Shown here: positions 49,499-60,200 of the stretch, in pieces
How the letters are laid out: every line of letters begins with the position of its first letter
How positions within the stretch are numbered: the first letter of the stretch is position 1
NCBI GenBank assembly: GCA_039799165.1
Contig: JBDLTH010000080.1
Span: forward strand, 6,000-69,999
Length of the DNA: 64,000 nt
Direction: 5' to 3'
Source of the DNA: Bacteroidota bacterium
GTDB lineage: Bacteria > Bacteroidota > Bacteroidia > Bacteroidales > Dysgonomonadaceae
Notes under the pieces: generated by a model
Told to the model about the DNA's origin: nothing
What the model saw: the letters and a program-made list of their open reading frames with translations, nothing else
The model's database searches: none
Position numbers and translations under genes: made by a program

Positions 49499-50518
49499 TC
49501 AAAAAGTTCTGCCCGATTTATTTTGAATTGGAGCATGTTGGCTTATTTGTTTTAGTATATGTTGCAGTACATTTACCGAAACACTATTACCAAACTGTTT
49601 GTATGCCTGACTGGTAGATGTATCTAGCCTAAATGTGTCTGGAAAGCCTTGCAATCTGGCACACTCTCTAGGGCTTAGTTTGCGTATATGCCCGTCTATC
49701 AAGTAAAGTCCTGTTTTAGCACCCACGCCTCCACCATAAGCCGACAGCGTAATAGCATGCCCCAGCGGATGGTAGATGCGTTCGCCCTGCCCGCCTTTGT
49801 TTACCTTGCCTATTTGGATGGGCTTATTTAACAATTGCATCTTGCCAAAGAGGGTGTTCTGGGGCGTATATTCTTTATAAATATCAATATCAAGCCGTTC
49901 AATCACTTTAGCTTCCGAAGGGTTTGGTTCGATAATATCGAGTAAGCAAGTAGGCAATGCACTCGGTTTTGGAAATTCAAATATTTTAACATTTAATGTT
50001 TTACGAAATCCTACGATGTAGATACGCTCTCTGTTTTGAGGCAGTCCAAAACAACTGGTATTTAACACTTGGTGGTAGATGTCATAGCCCAGCGTATCGA
50101 GCGTATTGGCAATTACTGCCAGCGTTTTGCCCCCATCATGTTTTGCCAGATTTTTCACATTTTCCAAAAGCAAGACTTTAGGTTGATGTTGCCTGACGAT
50201 GCGTGCAATATCAAAAAAAAGTGTGCCTCGGGTATCGTCAAAACCCCGTTGCTTGCCCGATACCGAAAACGCTTGACACGGAAATCCACCACACAATATA
50301 TCGTGTGCAGGTATCCTATGTTCTTCTATTTGGGTAATATCGCCCTGTGGAGCTAGACCAAAATTGTTGAGATAAGTGGCTGCCGCATGCTTGTCCCATT
50401 CGGATGCAAACACGCACTTTGCACCAAACGAATCGAGTGCGAGGTGAAAGCCTCCGATACCAGCAAATAGGTCTACAAAGGTGTACGTTGACAAACTTGG
50501 CGTATCTATTTCAATCAT
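49499..50518 (-). CDS. C5-cytosine DNA methyltransferase, M.HhaI-like, no adjacent endonuclease
   Basis: DLFAGIGG, GFPCQAFS, ENVKN, QNRERIY, TRD GGQGERIY...AITLSAYGGG, QAYKQFGNSV; ATG 50518 gives MIEI as in M.HhaI. Confidence 0.95.
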   Translation of the reverse strand: MIEIDTPSLSTYTFVDLFAGIGGFHLALDSFGAKCVFASEWDKHAAATYLNNFGLAPQGDITQIEEHRIPAHDILCGGFPCQAFSVSGKQRGFDDTRGTLFFDIARIVRQHQPKVLLLENVKNLAKHDGGKTLAVIANTLDTLGYDIYHQVLNTSCFGLPQNRERIYIVGFRKTLNVKIFEFPKPSALPTCLLDIIEPNPSEAKVIERLDIDIYKEYTPQNTLFGKMQLLNKPIQIGKVNKGGQGERIYHPLGHAITLSAYGGGVGAKTGLYLIDGHIRKLSPRECARLQGFPDTFRLDTSTSQAYKQFGNSVSVNVLQHILKQISQHAPIQNKSGRTF

Positions 50519-50601
50519 GCTTACAAATTTAGGCAATCTTTTTCTGATAATGCCCGTTTACTGGGTTTATCAGAATTGCAGTTCGCTTCTAGCCCAATCC
50601 A

Positions 50602-51615
50602 CTAGGCTTTTAATCGCTCATCAAAATAGGCATGCAGTTTAGCCTCCATTGGTTTGCAAATCCATTGACGCACTTGCTCAATAGCTATGCAGGCAACAAA
50701 TATAACAATGGCCAGCAAAAACAAGGCAATGAGCAAGGTGTACTGATCGTAGAACTTTTCGGACAAGAAGTTGACTGCCTCTAAAATCATTGCCCAAACC
50801 ATCCGATGTGCATGTATAAGGTATACACCAAACGACAGACTCGCTAGTTTGTTGATGGTTGCCGAATACCCTACTTTTAGGTTTTTGAAAATGAAGAAAA
50901 ACGCAATTGCCGACAACGTAATAAAGGGACTATTGAGATTAAAGAAACGCTCTTCGACCGTGCCTCCTAAAACAGCTACGTTGTACATAATCGCAAAAGT
51001 GATGAGTGAGGCGATTAGGTAAACCAACAAAGGGCGTTTGATCTGGATATCATATTTTTTGAGATAGGCAGCAATCAGATAAATACAGATAAAATTGAAA
51101 ATGGAATAGCCATCATTCGAAATTTTTTCGAATGCAAAACCCGAAAAATAGTTCAGATAGGCAATGCCACAGATCGAGATCAGCAACTGCTGTTTGCTCA
51201 GTTTCTCGATGCCCAAATTAAGAAAAGGCGTTAGCAAATACAAGGCTATAAATGTAGATAAAAACCACCAATAGCTAGTGGATATGGGCAAAATAGAAGT
51301 TAGATAATTGTAAGGCGTAAAGGGGTATCCACACAGCAGAAATAAAAATCCAATGCCCAATGTATAAAAAAGAGCTTGTATCACCAATGAAATCAAATTG
51401 TTGACTCTGAACGTAATACCATAGTATCCCGAAATGAATATAAACACATGAACAGGTATAATAAAAAAACAATTGAAGAAAACACGTGATAGCCAGCTGT
51501 TTTCGCCCACTTCATACCCAAGTGCAATGCCATATAGGTGTGTGATTACCACCATAAGCATAACCACAACGCGTAGTAACTCGATGTTCGACTCTCTTTT
51601 TGATTTTGATGCCAT
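50602..51615 (-). CDS. Acyltransferase family 3
   Basis: RESNIELLR...H, FIFISGY, WWF...FI.LYLL.P.LN; multi-TM; ATG 51615 preferred. Confidence 0.88.
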   Translation of the reverse strand: MASKSKRESNIELLRVVVMLMVVITHLYGIALGYEVGENSWLSRVFFNCFFIIPVHVFIFISGYYGITFRVNNLISLVIQALFYTLGIGFLFLLCGYPFTPYNYLTSILPISTSYWWFLSTFIALYLLTPFLNLGIEKLSKQQLLISICGIAYLNYFSGFAFEKISNDGYSIFNFICIYLIAAYLKKYDIQIKRPLLVYLIASLITFAIMYNVAVLGGTVEERFFNLNSPFITLSAIAFFFIFKNLKVGYSATINKLASLSFGVYLIHAHRMVWAMILEAVNFLSEKFYDQYTLLIALFLLAIVIFVACIAIEQVRQWICKPMEAKLHAYFDERLKA

Positions 51616-51709
51616 ACTTTCAATTTTTATACTTGTGTGCAACTCAATGCGGTTGAGCCACAAAATTAGTTAATTTTTTTCGATATTTCTGGAGAGGGGG
51701 GCGATTCTC

Positions 51710-51750
51710 AAAAATAGCAATGGCTACTCAGATCATGTAAGTAGCCATTG
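51710..51750 (-). terminator. Terminator after lipoprotein gene
   Basis: caatggctact/agtagccattg stem with minus-strand U tract. Confidence 0.65.
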
Positions 51751-51782
51751 TGTCGTTTTTATTCTAATGCTGTGTGCCTTGC

Positions 51783-52571
51783 TTAGTCAATTACTTTGTA
51801 TGTAATTGTAGCCATTGTCTTATTTGTCTCGGCATTTATTACTTTCACAGGATAGCCGTCAGCATCGTATTCGTAGGCTACTTTAACGTCCGTTACACCA
51901 TCTTCAATAAGTTCAATAGCGTTGTTTTTACCTGCAAATCCCTGTGTTAGGATATACTCTGTATCAACAAACCATTTAGGAAGATTTACGATATTCGAAT
52001 ACATCGATTTTTTATTATCGTACTTGTATTCATTTATATCTGATTCCGTTAGGCTATGCACTATTGTCTCTTTAATTAGGTTATCATTAGCATCATACTC
52101 ATACTCATAGCTTGTTCTGTTTCCGTTCGTATTTACTTTCTTTATCACTCGTTGTGCCGAGTCAATAAATAGGCTATCTACCATTTTTACGCTATTTGGA
52201 TTGTTGTTTTGAATCTTTTCTCTCAGAATATAGTCTGTATGGTGTGTGTAGGTGGTGGTGTAATAATATGCCGTATTACCTGAAGTATCCTCATTATATA
52301 CTTGAACAAGCTTGTTGTTGGCATCGTATGTTAGTGAGTATTTATACTCAAGTTTATATACACCATCTACTTTTTGCGATACAGTGTAGGTAACCAGCTG
52401 ATTTTTATTGTTGTATTCAAAATTTTCAATATCTTGATCTACAGCAGAGTAATCTGCTTTAACAACTAATTTCTTTACCTCACTTGTTGTTATGTTATTG
52501 TCATCGTCCGAACACGACCCCAATGCAAACATGCTACCTAGAATGGTAGCGATAACCAGTAATTTTTTCAT
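51783..52571 (-). CDS. Surface lipoprotein with YD-like beta repeats (DUF4595-like)
   Basis: Lipobox LGSC followed by SDDD, repeated Y.YD..N.L motifs. Confidence 0.7.
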   Translation of the reverse strand: MKKLLVIATILGSMFALGSCSDDDNNITTSEVKKLVVKADYSAVDQDIENFEYNNKNQLVTYTVSQKVDGVYKLEYKYSLTYDANNKLVQVYNEDTSGNTAYYYTTTYTHHTDYILREKIQNNNPNSVKMVDSLFIDSAQRVIKKVNTNGNRTSYEYEYDANDNLIKETIVHSLTESDINEYKYDNKKSMYSNIVNLPKWFVDTEYILTQGFAGKNNAIELIEDGVTDVKVAYEYDADGYPVKVINAETNKTMATITYKVID

Positions 52572-52755
52572 AATTTTCAATCTTTTTTAAAATAAGTTAC
52601 AAACTTATAAATAAAAAACGATTTGTGAAAATCATGTAGTTCAGTGTGGTGTTTTTTTTATCTTGGTTGGTGTTCTAGTTAGTTTATTTATAGATGCGGT
52701 TGTTGTATGCAGATCAGGTAAAGGTGTTCTCTATTTTCCCCCCCCTCTTTTTTCG

Positions 52756-53139
52756 TTACAAATCTTTTAGTTTCTGTATAAAATTTTCACTAGCATAGGG
52801 CGTTTCCGTATATTCTTCGCCCAGTTGCTCACGTCCCCAATTGAATAGTTGGATGATAAGCGGAATAAACTCGTTGCCACTTTGGCTCAAGCTATACTCA
52901 ACCTTAGGGGGGAGTTCGTTGTACTCTTTGCGTACAATCAGCCCATCAGCCTCTAAATCGCTTAGGCTTTGGGTGAGCATTTTGGTCGTAATATCGAGTA
53001 TGCTTTTGCGTAGTTCGCCATATCGCATCACCCCCTCCATATGTAGACGAAACAATATGCGTCCTTTATATTTGCCACCAATGCGTTTGAATGCGTAATC
53101 TAATGCACACTGGGTATTTGCTTTTGTTTTTTCTGACAT
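52756..53139 (-). CDS. HxlR-family winged-helix regulator
   Basis: C.LD....IGGKYK..IL, RYGEL, T.KML.Q.L..LE.DG, PPKVEYSL. Confidence 0.92.
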   Translation of the reverse strand: MSEKTKANTQCALDYAFKRIGGKYKGRILFRLHMEGVMRYGELRKSILDITTKMLTQSLSDLEADGLIVRKEYNELPPKVEYSLSQSGNEFIPLIIQLFNWGREQLGEEYTETPYASENFIQKLKDL

Positions 53140-53320
53140 CTTTTTTATTCTTTAGTTGCCTCATTCTGAGCATCAGATACTTTTAGGTGCGTAAGGTACT
53201 AAAAAGTACATACTTGACAGCTACCAGCAATCGCCGTATCTTTGTGTATGCTATGCGTAGTTGATATTGCAAAAGTAAACAATTAGATGAAGCAAATGTC
53301 TTACTCAATATTAAAAAAAC

Positions 53321-54286
53321 ATGATTAAAAAACGATTTCTATTAGCACTTACGGTTCTTTGTTTTGTTCCGATCAGCTTATTCGCTCAAACATTCAAGGC
53401 AAGTGGATTTCAGCAATTTCAGATTGGCGATATACAAGCCGTTGTATTATCCGATGGGTATATTCCTTTTGCCAGCGTGCAACCCATACTAGCTCCTGTG
53501 GCAGATGCCGATTCGGTATCGGCAGTATTGAAGGCACAGTTTCGCAGTACCACTAGTTTTGAGTTGGCTATGAATATACTTTTGTTGCAAAAAGGCGATA
53601 GACTTATCTTGTTCGATGCAGGTTATGGATCTTTGGTAGGTGATTATGCAGGCAAACTTATTCATAATTTGGCACTAGTGGGCATTACTCCCGAGCAGAT
53701 AACCGATGTGATTGTAACACATGCACACCGAGACCATATTGGTGGATTGGTGGATAGCCGAGGGCATTCCGTATACAGCAACGCAAGCATTTATATATCC
53801 CGAGTAGAGTATGACTTATGGACAAAGGGCAAGCCCGATTTCAGCAAATCGAAGCTAACCGATGCGGCTGCTATTGCTGGCATGACAACTGCTACACGCA
53901 GTGCATTGAAGGCTATCGAACCTCAGCTCAAGAAAGTCGAAGATGGTGCTACTGTATTAGATTGTATACAACTCGATATTGTAGCAGGGCATACCGATGG
54001 ACACTTGGTGTCGACTATTTTCTCGAAAGGCGAAAAATTGATTGCGATAGCCGATGTTGTGCATTCCGATGCAGTTCTGTTTGCTCACCCCCAGTGGGGT
54101 ATTGTGTTCGACTCTAATTTTGAGTTAGGTATAGCATCTCGCCTTCGTGTGTTAAAAGAGCTTAGTCAAACAAACGATCTGATTTTTGGTTTTCACCTGC
54201 CCTATCCCGGCATAGGGCGTGTAAAGGAAATAGCACGTAATAGCTATACTTATCAGCCTAAAGCATTCTTTGTGCCGAGTAGATAA
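53321..54286 (+). CDS. Secreted metallo-beta-lactamase-fold hydrolase
   Basis: LFDAG, THAHRDHIGG, GHTDGH, IAD, FHLPYPG; signal peptide. Confidence 0.9.
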   Translation: MIKKRFLLALTVLCFVPISLFAQTFKASGFQQFQIGDIQAVVLSDGYIPFASVQPILAPVADADSVSAVLKAQFRSTTSFELAMNILLLQKGDRLILFDAGYGSLVGDYAGKLIHNLALVGITPEQITDVIVTHAHRDHIGGLVDSRGHSVYSNASIYISRVEYDLWTKGKPDFSKSKLTDAAAIAGMTTATRSALKAIEPQLKKVEDGATVLDCIQLDIVAGHTDGHLVSTIFSKGEKLIAIADVVHSDAVLFAHPQWGIVFDSNFELGIASRLRVLKELSQTNDLIFGFHLPYPGIGRVKEIARNSYTYQPKAFFVPSR

Positions 54287-54306
54287 GTTTATGTTCGAGT
54301 TGTAAT

Positions 54307-54343
54307 ATCCCCCCCCCTTTTTTTATTTTGAAAGGGGGGGATC
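54307..54343 (+). terminator. Hairpin after MBL hydrolase
   Basis: atcc-C run-ttt ... aaa-G run-atc inverted repeat. Confidence 0.55.
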
Positions 54344-54484
54344 AGAACTAGCTCTGTGAGCATCTAGCTGAAAAATTAGATGCAAAACGCATAATTAACC
54401 TTTATTGACTACCTAATATAGCAAAAGCATTTCTTTGTAATAAAAAAAATTGTAGTTTTAGCACACAAAAAAACCGAATAACCT

Positions 54485-55921
54485 ATGATAACATTCTTTA
54501 TTTCAATTGTTGTGCTTATTCTTGGCTACGTAATTTACGGAGCTGTTGTTGAACGTATTTTTGGGATAGACCCCAGCAACCCCACGCCAGCTTATACCGA
54601 GCAAGACGGTGTTGACTATGTGCCTATGGGCTGGGGGCGTATCTTTTTGATTCAATTTCTTAACATCGCAGGTCTTGGTCCCATCTTTGGAGCCGTAATG
54701 GGAGCTATCTATGGTCCATCGGCGTTTTTGTGGATTGTATTCGGAACCATCCTTGGTGGTGGTGTTCACGATTACCTGTCGGGGATGCTATCGTTGCGAA
54801 ACAAGGGAATGAGCCTACCCGAGATAGGCGGCAAGTATATGGGCAACGTTTTTAGACAATCGATGCGCGTATTTACCGTTGTGTTAATGCTATTGGTAGG
54901 CGTTGTTTTTGTGGCAGGTCCTGCAAAATTGCTCGCAGGTCTTACCCCCAGCCAATTAGATTTTACATTTTGGTGTATCGTTATTTTCATCTATTACATC
55001 TTAGCTACGCTTTTGCCTATCGACAAACTGATAGGTAAAATATATCCACTCTTTGGTTTTGCCTTGCTTTTTATGGCAGTAGGTATACTTGTTGCCATGA
55101 TCTGGAACAATGCACCCATCCCCGAGGCAACATTCGCTAACCTGCAAAATATGCACCCTCAACCCGATAAATACCCCATATTTCCGATGGTATTTATATC
55201 CATTGCCTGTGGAGCTATTTCGGGCTTTCATGCCACACAGTCGCCCTTAATGGCACGCTGTATCAAAAACGAAAAAGAAGGTAGACGCATCTTCTACGGG
55301 TCGATGGTAGCCGAAGGCATAGTTGCCCTTGTGTGGGCAGCCGCCGCTATGAGCTTCTTCGGATCGGTAGGAGGCTTGCAAACCTTTCTTGCTGATAATG
55401 GCAACAACGCAGCAGTAGTTGTTAGCGAAATTTCAAATACATGGTTGGGCAAGTTTGGAGGTCTATTGGCTCTATTAGGAGTAATAGCTGCCCCCATCAC
55501 ATCGGGCGATACCGCATTTCGCTCAGCACGCCTCATTGTTGCCGATTTTATAAAATTTAATCAAAAGAGCTTAAAGAATCGTCTGATAATAAGTATTCCA
55601 TTATTTATAATGGCATTCTTTGTGTTGCAAGTTAACTTTGACATCATTTGGCGTTACTTTGCATGGGCTAATCAAACCCTAGCAGCTGCTACCCTTTGGC
55701 TGGTAACGGTGTACCTTGCACGTGAAAAGAAATTCTTTTGGATCAGTTTTTTACCCGCTTTGTTTATGACGGCTGTGGTGAGTGTGTATATAATGATTGC
55801 ACCCGAAGGCTTGGGCTTACCGCTTCAGATAGGCTATATTATAGGTGCAGTGTTTACTTTGACTGTGATGATTCTGTTCTTTGTTTGGAAACGTAATCTC
55901 GACAAGTTGACCGCACTATAA
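54485..55921 (+). CDS. cstA: Carbon starvation protein A family transporter
   Basis: PTPA...DGVDYVP, QFLNIAG.GPIFG, IACGAISGFHATQ, ITSGDTAFR, IWRYF.W.NQ.L. Confidence 0.93.
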   Translation: MITFFISIVVLILGYVIYGAVVERIFGIDPSNPTPAYTEQDGVDYVPMGWGRIFLIQFLNIAGLGPIFGAVMGAIYGPSAFLWIVFGTILGGGVHDYLSGMLSLRNKGMSLPEIGGKYMGNVFRQSMRVFTVVLMLLVGVVFVAGPAKLLAGLTPSQLDFTFWCIVIFIYYILATLLPIDKLIGKIYPLFGFALLFMAVGILVAMIWNNAPIPEATFANLQNMHPQPDKYPIFPMVFISIACGAISGFHATQSPLMARCIKNEKEGRRIFYGSMVAEGIVALVWAAAAMSFFGSVGGLQTFLADNGNNAAVVVSEISNTWLGKFGGLLALLGVIAAPITSGDTAFRSARLIVADFIKFNQKSLKNRLIISIPLFIMAFFVLQVNFDIIWRYFAWANQTLAAATLWLVTVYLAREKKFFWISFLPALFMTAVVSVYIMIAPEGLGLPLQIGYIIGAVFTLTVMILFFVWKRNLDKLTAL

Positions 55922-56032
55922 AGCATATTAAATCGAAGCTTATTTTGAAGCAAAATATTCAATAAATTAAAAAGTCTGTACAACTTGTATAATTATCTGC
56001 TAAAAATTGTAGAAGCGTATTCTTATTTTTTG

Positions 56033-56040
56033 TACCTTTG
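56033..56040 (+). promoter_or_regulatory. -7 box of carAB promoter
   Basis: TACCTTTG consensus about 160 nt upstream of carA. Confidence 0.55.
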
Positions 56041-56059
56041 TACCTCAGATATTCATAGA

Positions 56060-56167
56060 ATGTTTGAAGATGTATTACATGATAACGAAAGCAAGATATA
56101 TAAGGTGAAAAGGAACAGGTTCGATGAATCGTGTTCCTTTTTTTTACCTCGCTATGATTCAGTATAA
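56060..56167 (+). CDS. Putative carAB leader peptide (35 aa)
   Basis: ATG shortly after the promoter; ORF runs through the terminator hairpin with two AGG codons in the 5' arm. Confidence 0.35.
   Translation: MFEDVLHDNESKIYKVKRNRFDESCSFFLPRYDSV
56108..56145 (+). terminator. Terminator in carAB 5' leader (attenuator)
   Basis: aaaaggaacaggttc-gat-gaatc(g)tgttcctttt stem, ending in a run of 8 T. Confidence 0.7.
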
Positions 56168-56202
56168 ATTATTAATTCACAATAAAATAACGCTCTCTAG
56201 AC

Positions 56203-57273
56203 ATGCAGACAGATAGACCTGTACGATTGATTCTTGATGATGGAACTACCTTTGAAGGAAGGTCTTTTGGTGCGGAAAACCCAGCAGCTGGCGAAGTGGT
56301 ATTTAGCACAGCCATGGTAGGGTATCCCGAAAGCCTTACAGATCCTTCGTATATAGGGCAGATTCTCACGCTAACATTTCCCCTAGTAGGTAATTATGGA
56401 GTACCCGAAGATTTGTTTACAGATGGTATTTCGGACTTTAACGAGTCTGAACGCATACAGGTAAGCGGACTCATTGTATCCGATTATTCACGAGAATATT
56501 CGCATTGGAACGCCAATAAAAGTTTGGGCGAATGGCTCAAAGAACACGGAGTACCAGGTATATATGGTATCGACACACGTGAGCTGACCAAGCTGTTACG
56601 TGAAAAAGGTTCGATGAAAGGAAAAATAGTTTTTGGAGACGATAACGAAATCGATTTTATCGACCCTAATCTCGAAAATCAAGTAGCCAAAGCCAGTTGC
56701 AAAGAGGTAATAACCTATGGCAATGGCGATAAACGAGTGGTAATGATAGACTGCGGTGTAAAACACAACATCATACGCTGTTTGCTCAAACGCAACATCA
56801 CACTCATCCGTGTGCCTTGGGATTACGATTTTACAGGCATGCAATACGATGGGCTATTTATATCGAACGGTCCAGGTAACCCCGAGTATTGCGAAATAAC
56901 GGTGCAACACATCCGCAAAGCCATGGAAACAGGCAAACCCATTTGCGGTATCTGTATGGGAAATCAATTGTTGGCAAAAGCAGGTGGAGCAAGTACCTAT
57001 AAGCTGAAGTACGGACACCGCAGCCACAACCAACCCGTGCGTATGGTAGGCACAGAGCGTTGCTTTATCACCTCTCAAAACCACGGTTTTGCCGTATCCA
57101 ACTCTTCGTTGAGTGCCGACTGGGAAGCATTTTTTGTAAACCTCAACGATGGTACAAACGAAGGCATTAGGCACAAAACCAAACCCTACTTCTCGGCACA
57201 GTTTCACCCCGAAGCGGCGAGTGGACCTACGGACACCGATTTTATTTTTGATTTGTTCATCGATAAACTGTAA
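56203..57273 (+). CDS. carA: Carbamoyl-phosphate synthase small subunit
   Basis: GEVVFST.M.GY.E..TDPSY, SNGPGNP, GICMGNQ, QNHGFAV, QFHPEA. Confidence 0.97.
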   Translation: MQTDRPVRLILDDGTTFEGRSFGAENPAAGEVVFSTAMVGYPESLTDPSYIGQILTLTFPLVGNYGVPEDLFTDGISDFNESERIQVSGLIVSDYSREYSHWNANKSLGEWLKEHGVPGIYGIDTRELTKLLREKGSMKGKIVFGDDNEIDFIDPNLENQVAKASCKEVITYGNGDKRVVMIDCGVKHNIIRCLLKRNITLIRVPWDYDFTGMQYDGLFISNGPGNPEYCEITVQHIRKAMETGKPICGICMGNQLLAKAGGASTYKLKYGHRSHNQPVRMVGTERCFITSQNHGFAVSNSSLSADWEAFFVNLNDGTNEGIRHKTKPYFSAQFHPEAASGPTDTDFIFDLFIDKL

Positions 57274-57285
57274 AATATACTGAAT

Positions 57286-60200
57286 ATGGAAGCCAATATA
57301 AAAAAAGTACTCGTTCTTGGTTCAGGAGCTTTAAAGATCGGTGAAGCTGGAGAGTTTGACTACTCGGGTTCGCAAGCACTCAAAGCACTCAAAGAAGAAG
57401 GCATCGAAACGGTACTTATCAACCCCAATATAGCTACGGTACAAACCTCGGAAGGGAGTGCCGACAAAATATACTTTTTACCCATTACCCCTTACTTTGT
57501 AGAAAAGGTAATTCAGAAAGAAAAACCACAAGGCATACTCCTTGCCTTTGGTGGACAAACCGCCCTCAACTGTGGCGTGCAATTGTTTGAACAAGGCATA
57601 CTCGAAAAATATAACTTGCGTGTATTGGGTACACCCGTACAAGCTATTATAGATACCGAAGATCGTGAGCTGTTTGTAAAAAAACTAGATCAGATAGATG
57701 TTAAAACCATCAAAAGTGTAGCCGTAGGTACTATCGACGATGCTGTAACGGCTGCTGCCGATTTGGGCTATCCCATCATTGTACGTGCAGCCTTTGCCCT
57801 TGGAGGTTTAGGTTCAGGATTTTGCGATAATGAGCAAGAACTGAGAGCCCTTGCCGAAAAAGCCTTAGCATACTCGTCTCAGCTGTTGGTCGAAAAATCG
57901 CTCAAAGGATGGAAAGAAATTGAGTACGAAGTGGTACGAGACAAGTACGACAACTGTATGACGGTGTGTAACATGGAAAACTTCGACCCCCTTGGTATAC
58001 ATACGGGCGAGAGTATTGTAGTAGCACCTTCGCAAACCTTGACCAACTCGGAGTTTCATAAACTACGTGAAATAGCCATCCGCATTGTTCGCCACATCGG
58101 CATTGTGGGCGAGTGTAACGTGCAGTATGCTTTCGACCCCGAATCGGAAGATTATCGGGTGATTGAGGTGAATGCTCGTCTGAGCCGTTCATCAGCCTTG
58201 GCATCCAAAGCTACGGGCTATCCCCTCGCATTTGTTGCTGCTAAATTGGGCTTAGGCTACGGATTGTTCGAACTGAAAAATTCGGTAACCAAATCTACCA
58301 GTGCTTTTTTCGAACCCGCATTAGACTACGTAGTAGTAAAAATACCCCGTTGGGATTTAGGCAAATTTCATGGCGTATCCAAAGAAATAGGATCGAGCAT
58401 GAAATCGGTAGGCGAAATTATGGCAATCGGTCGCAGTTTCGAAGAAGCCATCCAAAAAGGCTTACGTATGCTTAATATCGGTATGCACGGCTTTACAGCC
58501 AATAAGTTTGCCGAGATGGAAGACCTTGACGATGCCTTACGTAACCCTACCGATAAACGTATTTTCTGTATCTATCAGGCATTTGCAAAAGGATACGACA
58601 TAAACAAGATATATGAGCTGACAAAAATCGATCATTGGTTTTTGCAAAAGCTACATTATATATACCAATGCTCGGAAGAGATTAAACGATACGACGACAT
58701 TCAGTCCCTACCCGTTGCCTTGCTTCGTGAGGCTAAACAAAAAGGATTTTCTGACTTTCAGATTGCAAAAACTGTTTGCAAAGAGCCATCGCTTATTGAT
58801 GGTGTAGCACAAGAGGTAAGATCGATCCGTAAACACCATGGCATTGTACCTGTTGTAAAACAGATCGATACCTTGGCAGCAGAATATCCAGCTCAAACCA
58901 ACTATCTGTACCTTACGTACAATGGTACTGCAAACGATGTACAGTATTTGGGCGACAAGCGTTCGGTCATCGTGCTGGGTTCGGGAGCATACCGCATAGG
59001 CTCGTCCGTAGAGTTTGACTGGTGTTCGGTAAATGCACTGCAAACCATTCGTAAAGAGGGCTATCGCTCGGTGATGATTAACTACAATCCCGAGACGGTT
59101 TCGACCGACTACGATATGTGCGACCGGTTGTATTTTGACGAATTAACATATGAGCGTGTGATGGATATTATCGAACTCGAAAATCCACACGGCGTTATCC
59201 TATCGGTAGGAGGACAGATACCCAATAACCTTGCCGTACGTCTCGATCAGGCAAAGGTAAACATCTTGGGTACTACTGCCAAAAGCATTGACAATGCCGA
59301 AGACCGTCATAAGTTTTCGAGTATGCTCGACCGCATAGGTGTAGACCAACCTCGTTGGAAAGAGTTGACATCGCTCTCCGACATCAAACTATTTGTAGAT
59401 GAGGTGAACTATCCCGTACTCATACGTCCTTCGTATGTGCTTTCGGGAGCTGCGATGAACGTATGTTCGAACGATCAGGAGCTAGAAAACTTTTTAAGCC
59501 TAGCCGCCGAAGTGTCTAAAAAACACCCCGTAGTAGTATCCGAATTTATCGAAAACGCCAAAGAAATAGAGGTAGACGCAGTTGCCAACAAAGGCGAGAT
59601 TGTGATGTATGCCATATCCGAACACGTAGAGTTTGCAGGCGTACACTCGGGCGATGCCACCATTCAGTTTCCTGCACAGCGTTTGTATATCGAAACGGTG
59701 CGTAGAATAAAGAAAGTAGCACGTCAGATTGCTAAAGAATTGCAAATTTCGGGACCCTTCAATATTCAGTTTTTGGCTCGTAACAACGAGATTAAGGTGA
59801 TCGAGTGCAACCTGCGTGCATCACGCTCATTTCCATTCGTATCCAAAGTGTTGAAAATAAACTTTATCGAACTCGCTACCCAAGTAATGTTGGGCATGGA
59901 TGTAGAGAAACCAAACAAGAGTGCATTTGATCTGGACTATGTGGGTATCAAAGCCTCGCAGTTCTCGTTCTCACGTCTTCAAAAAGCCGACCCTGTGTTG
60001 GGTGTAGATATGGCTTCGACAGGCGAGGTGGGTTGTATTGGTGATGACTTTGACGATGCAATGCTCAAATCGATGCTATCGGTAGGATACCGCATCCCTA
60101 AGAAAACAGTACTGTTTTCGACAGGACCAGCCAAATCGAAGGTTGACCTGCTGGAGGCTGCACGCACCCTACACCACAAAGGCTACGAATTGTATGCTAC

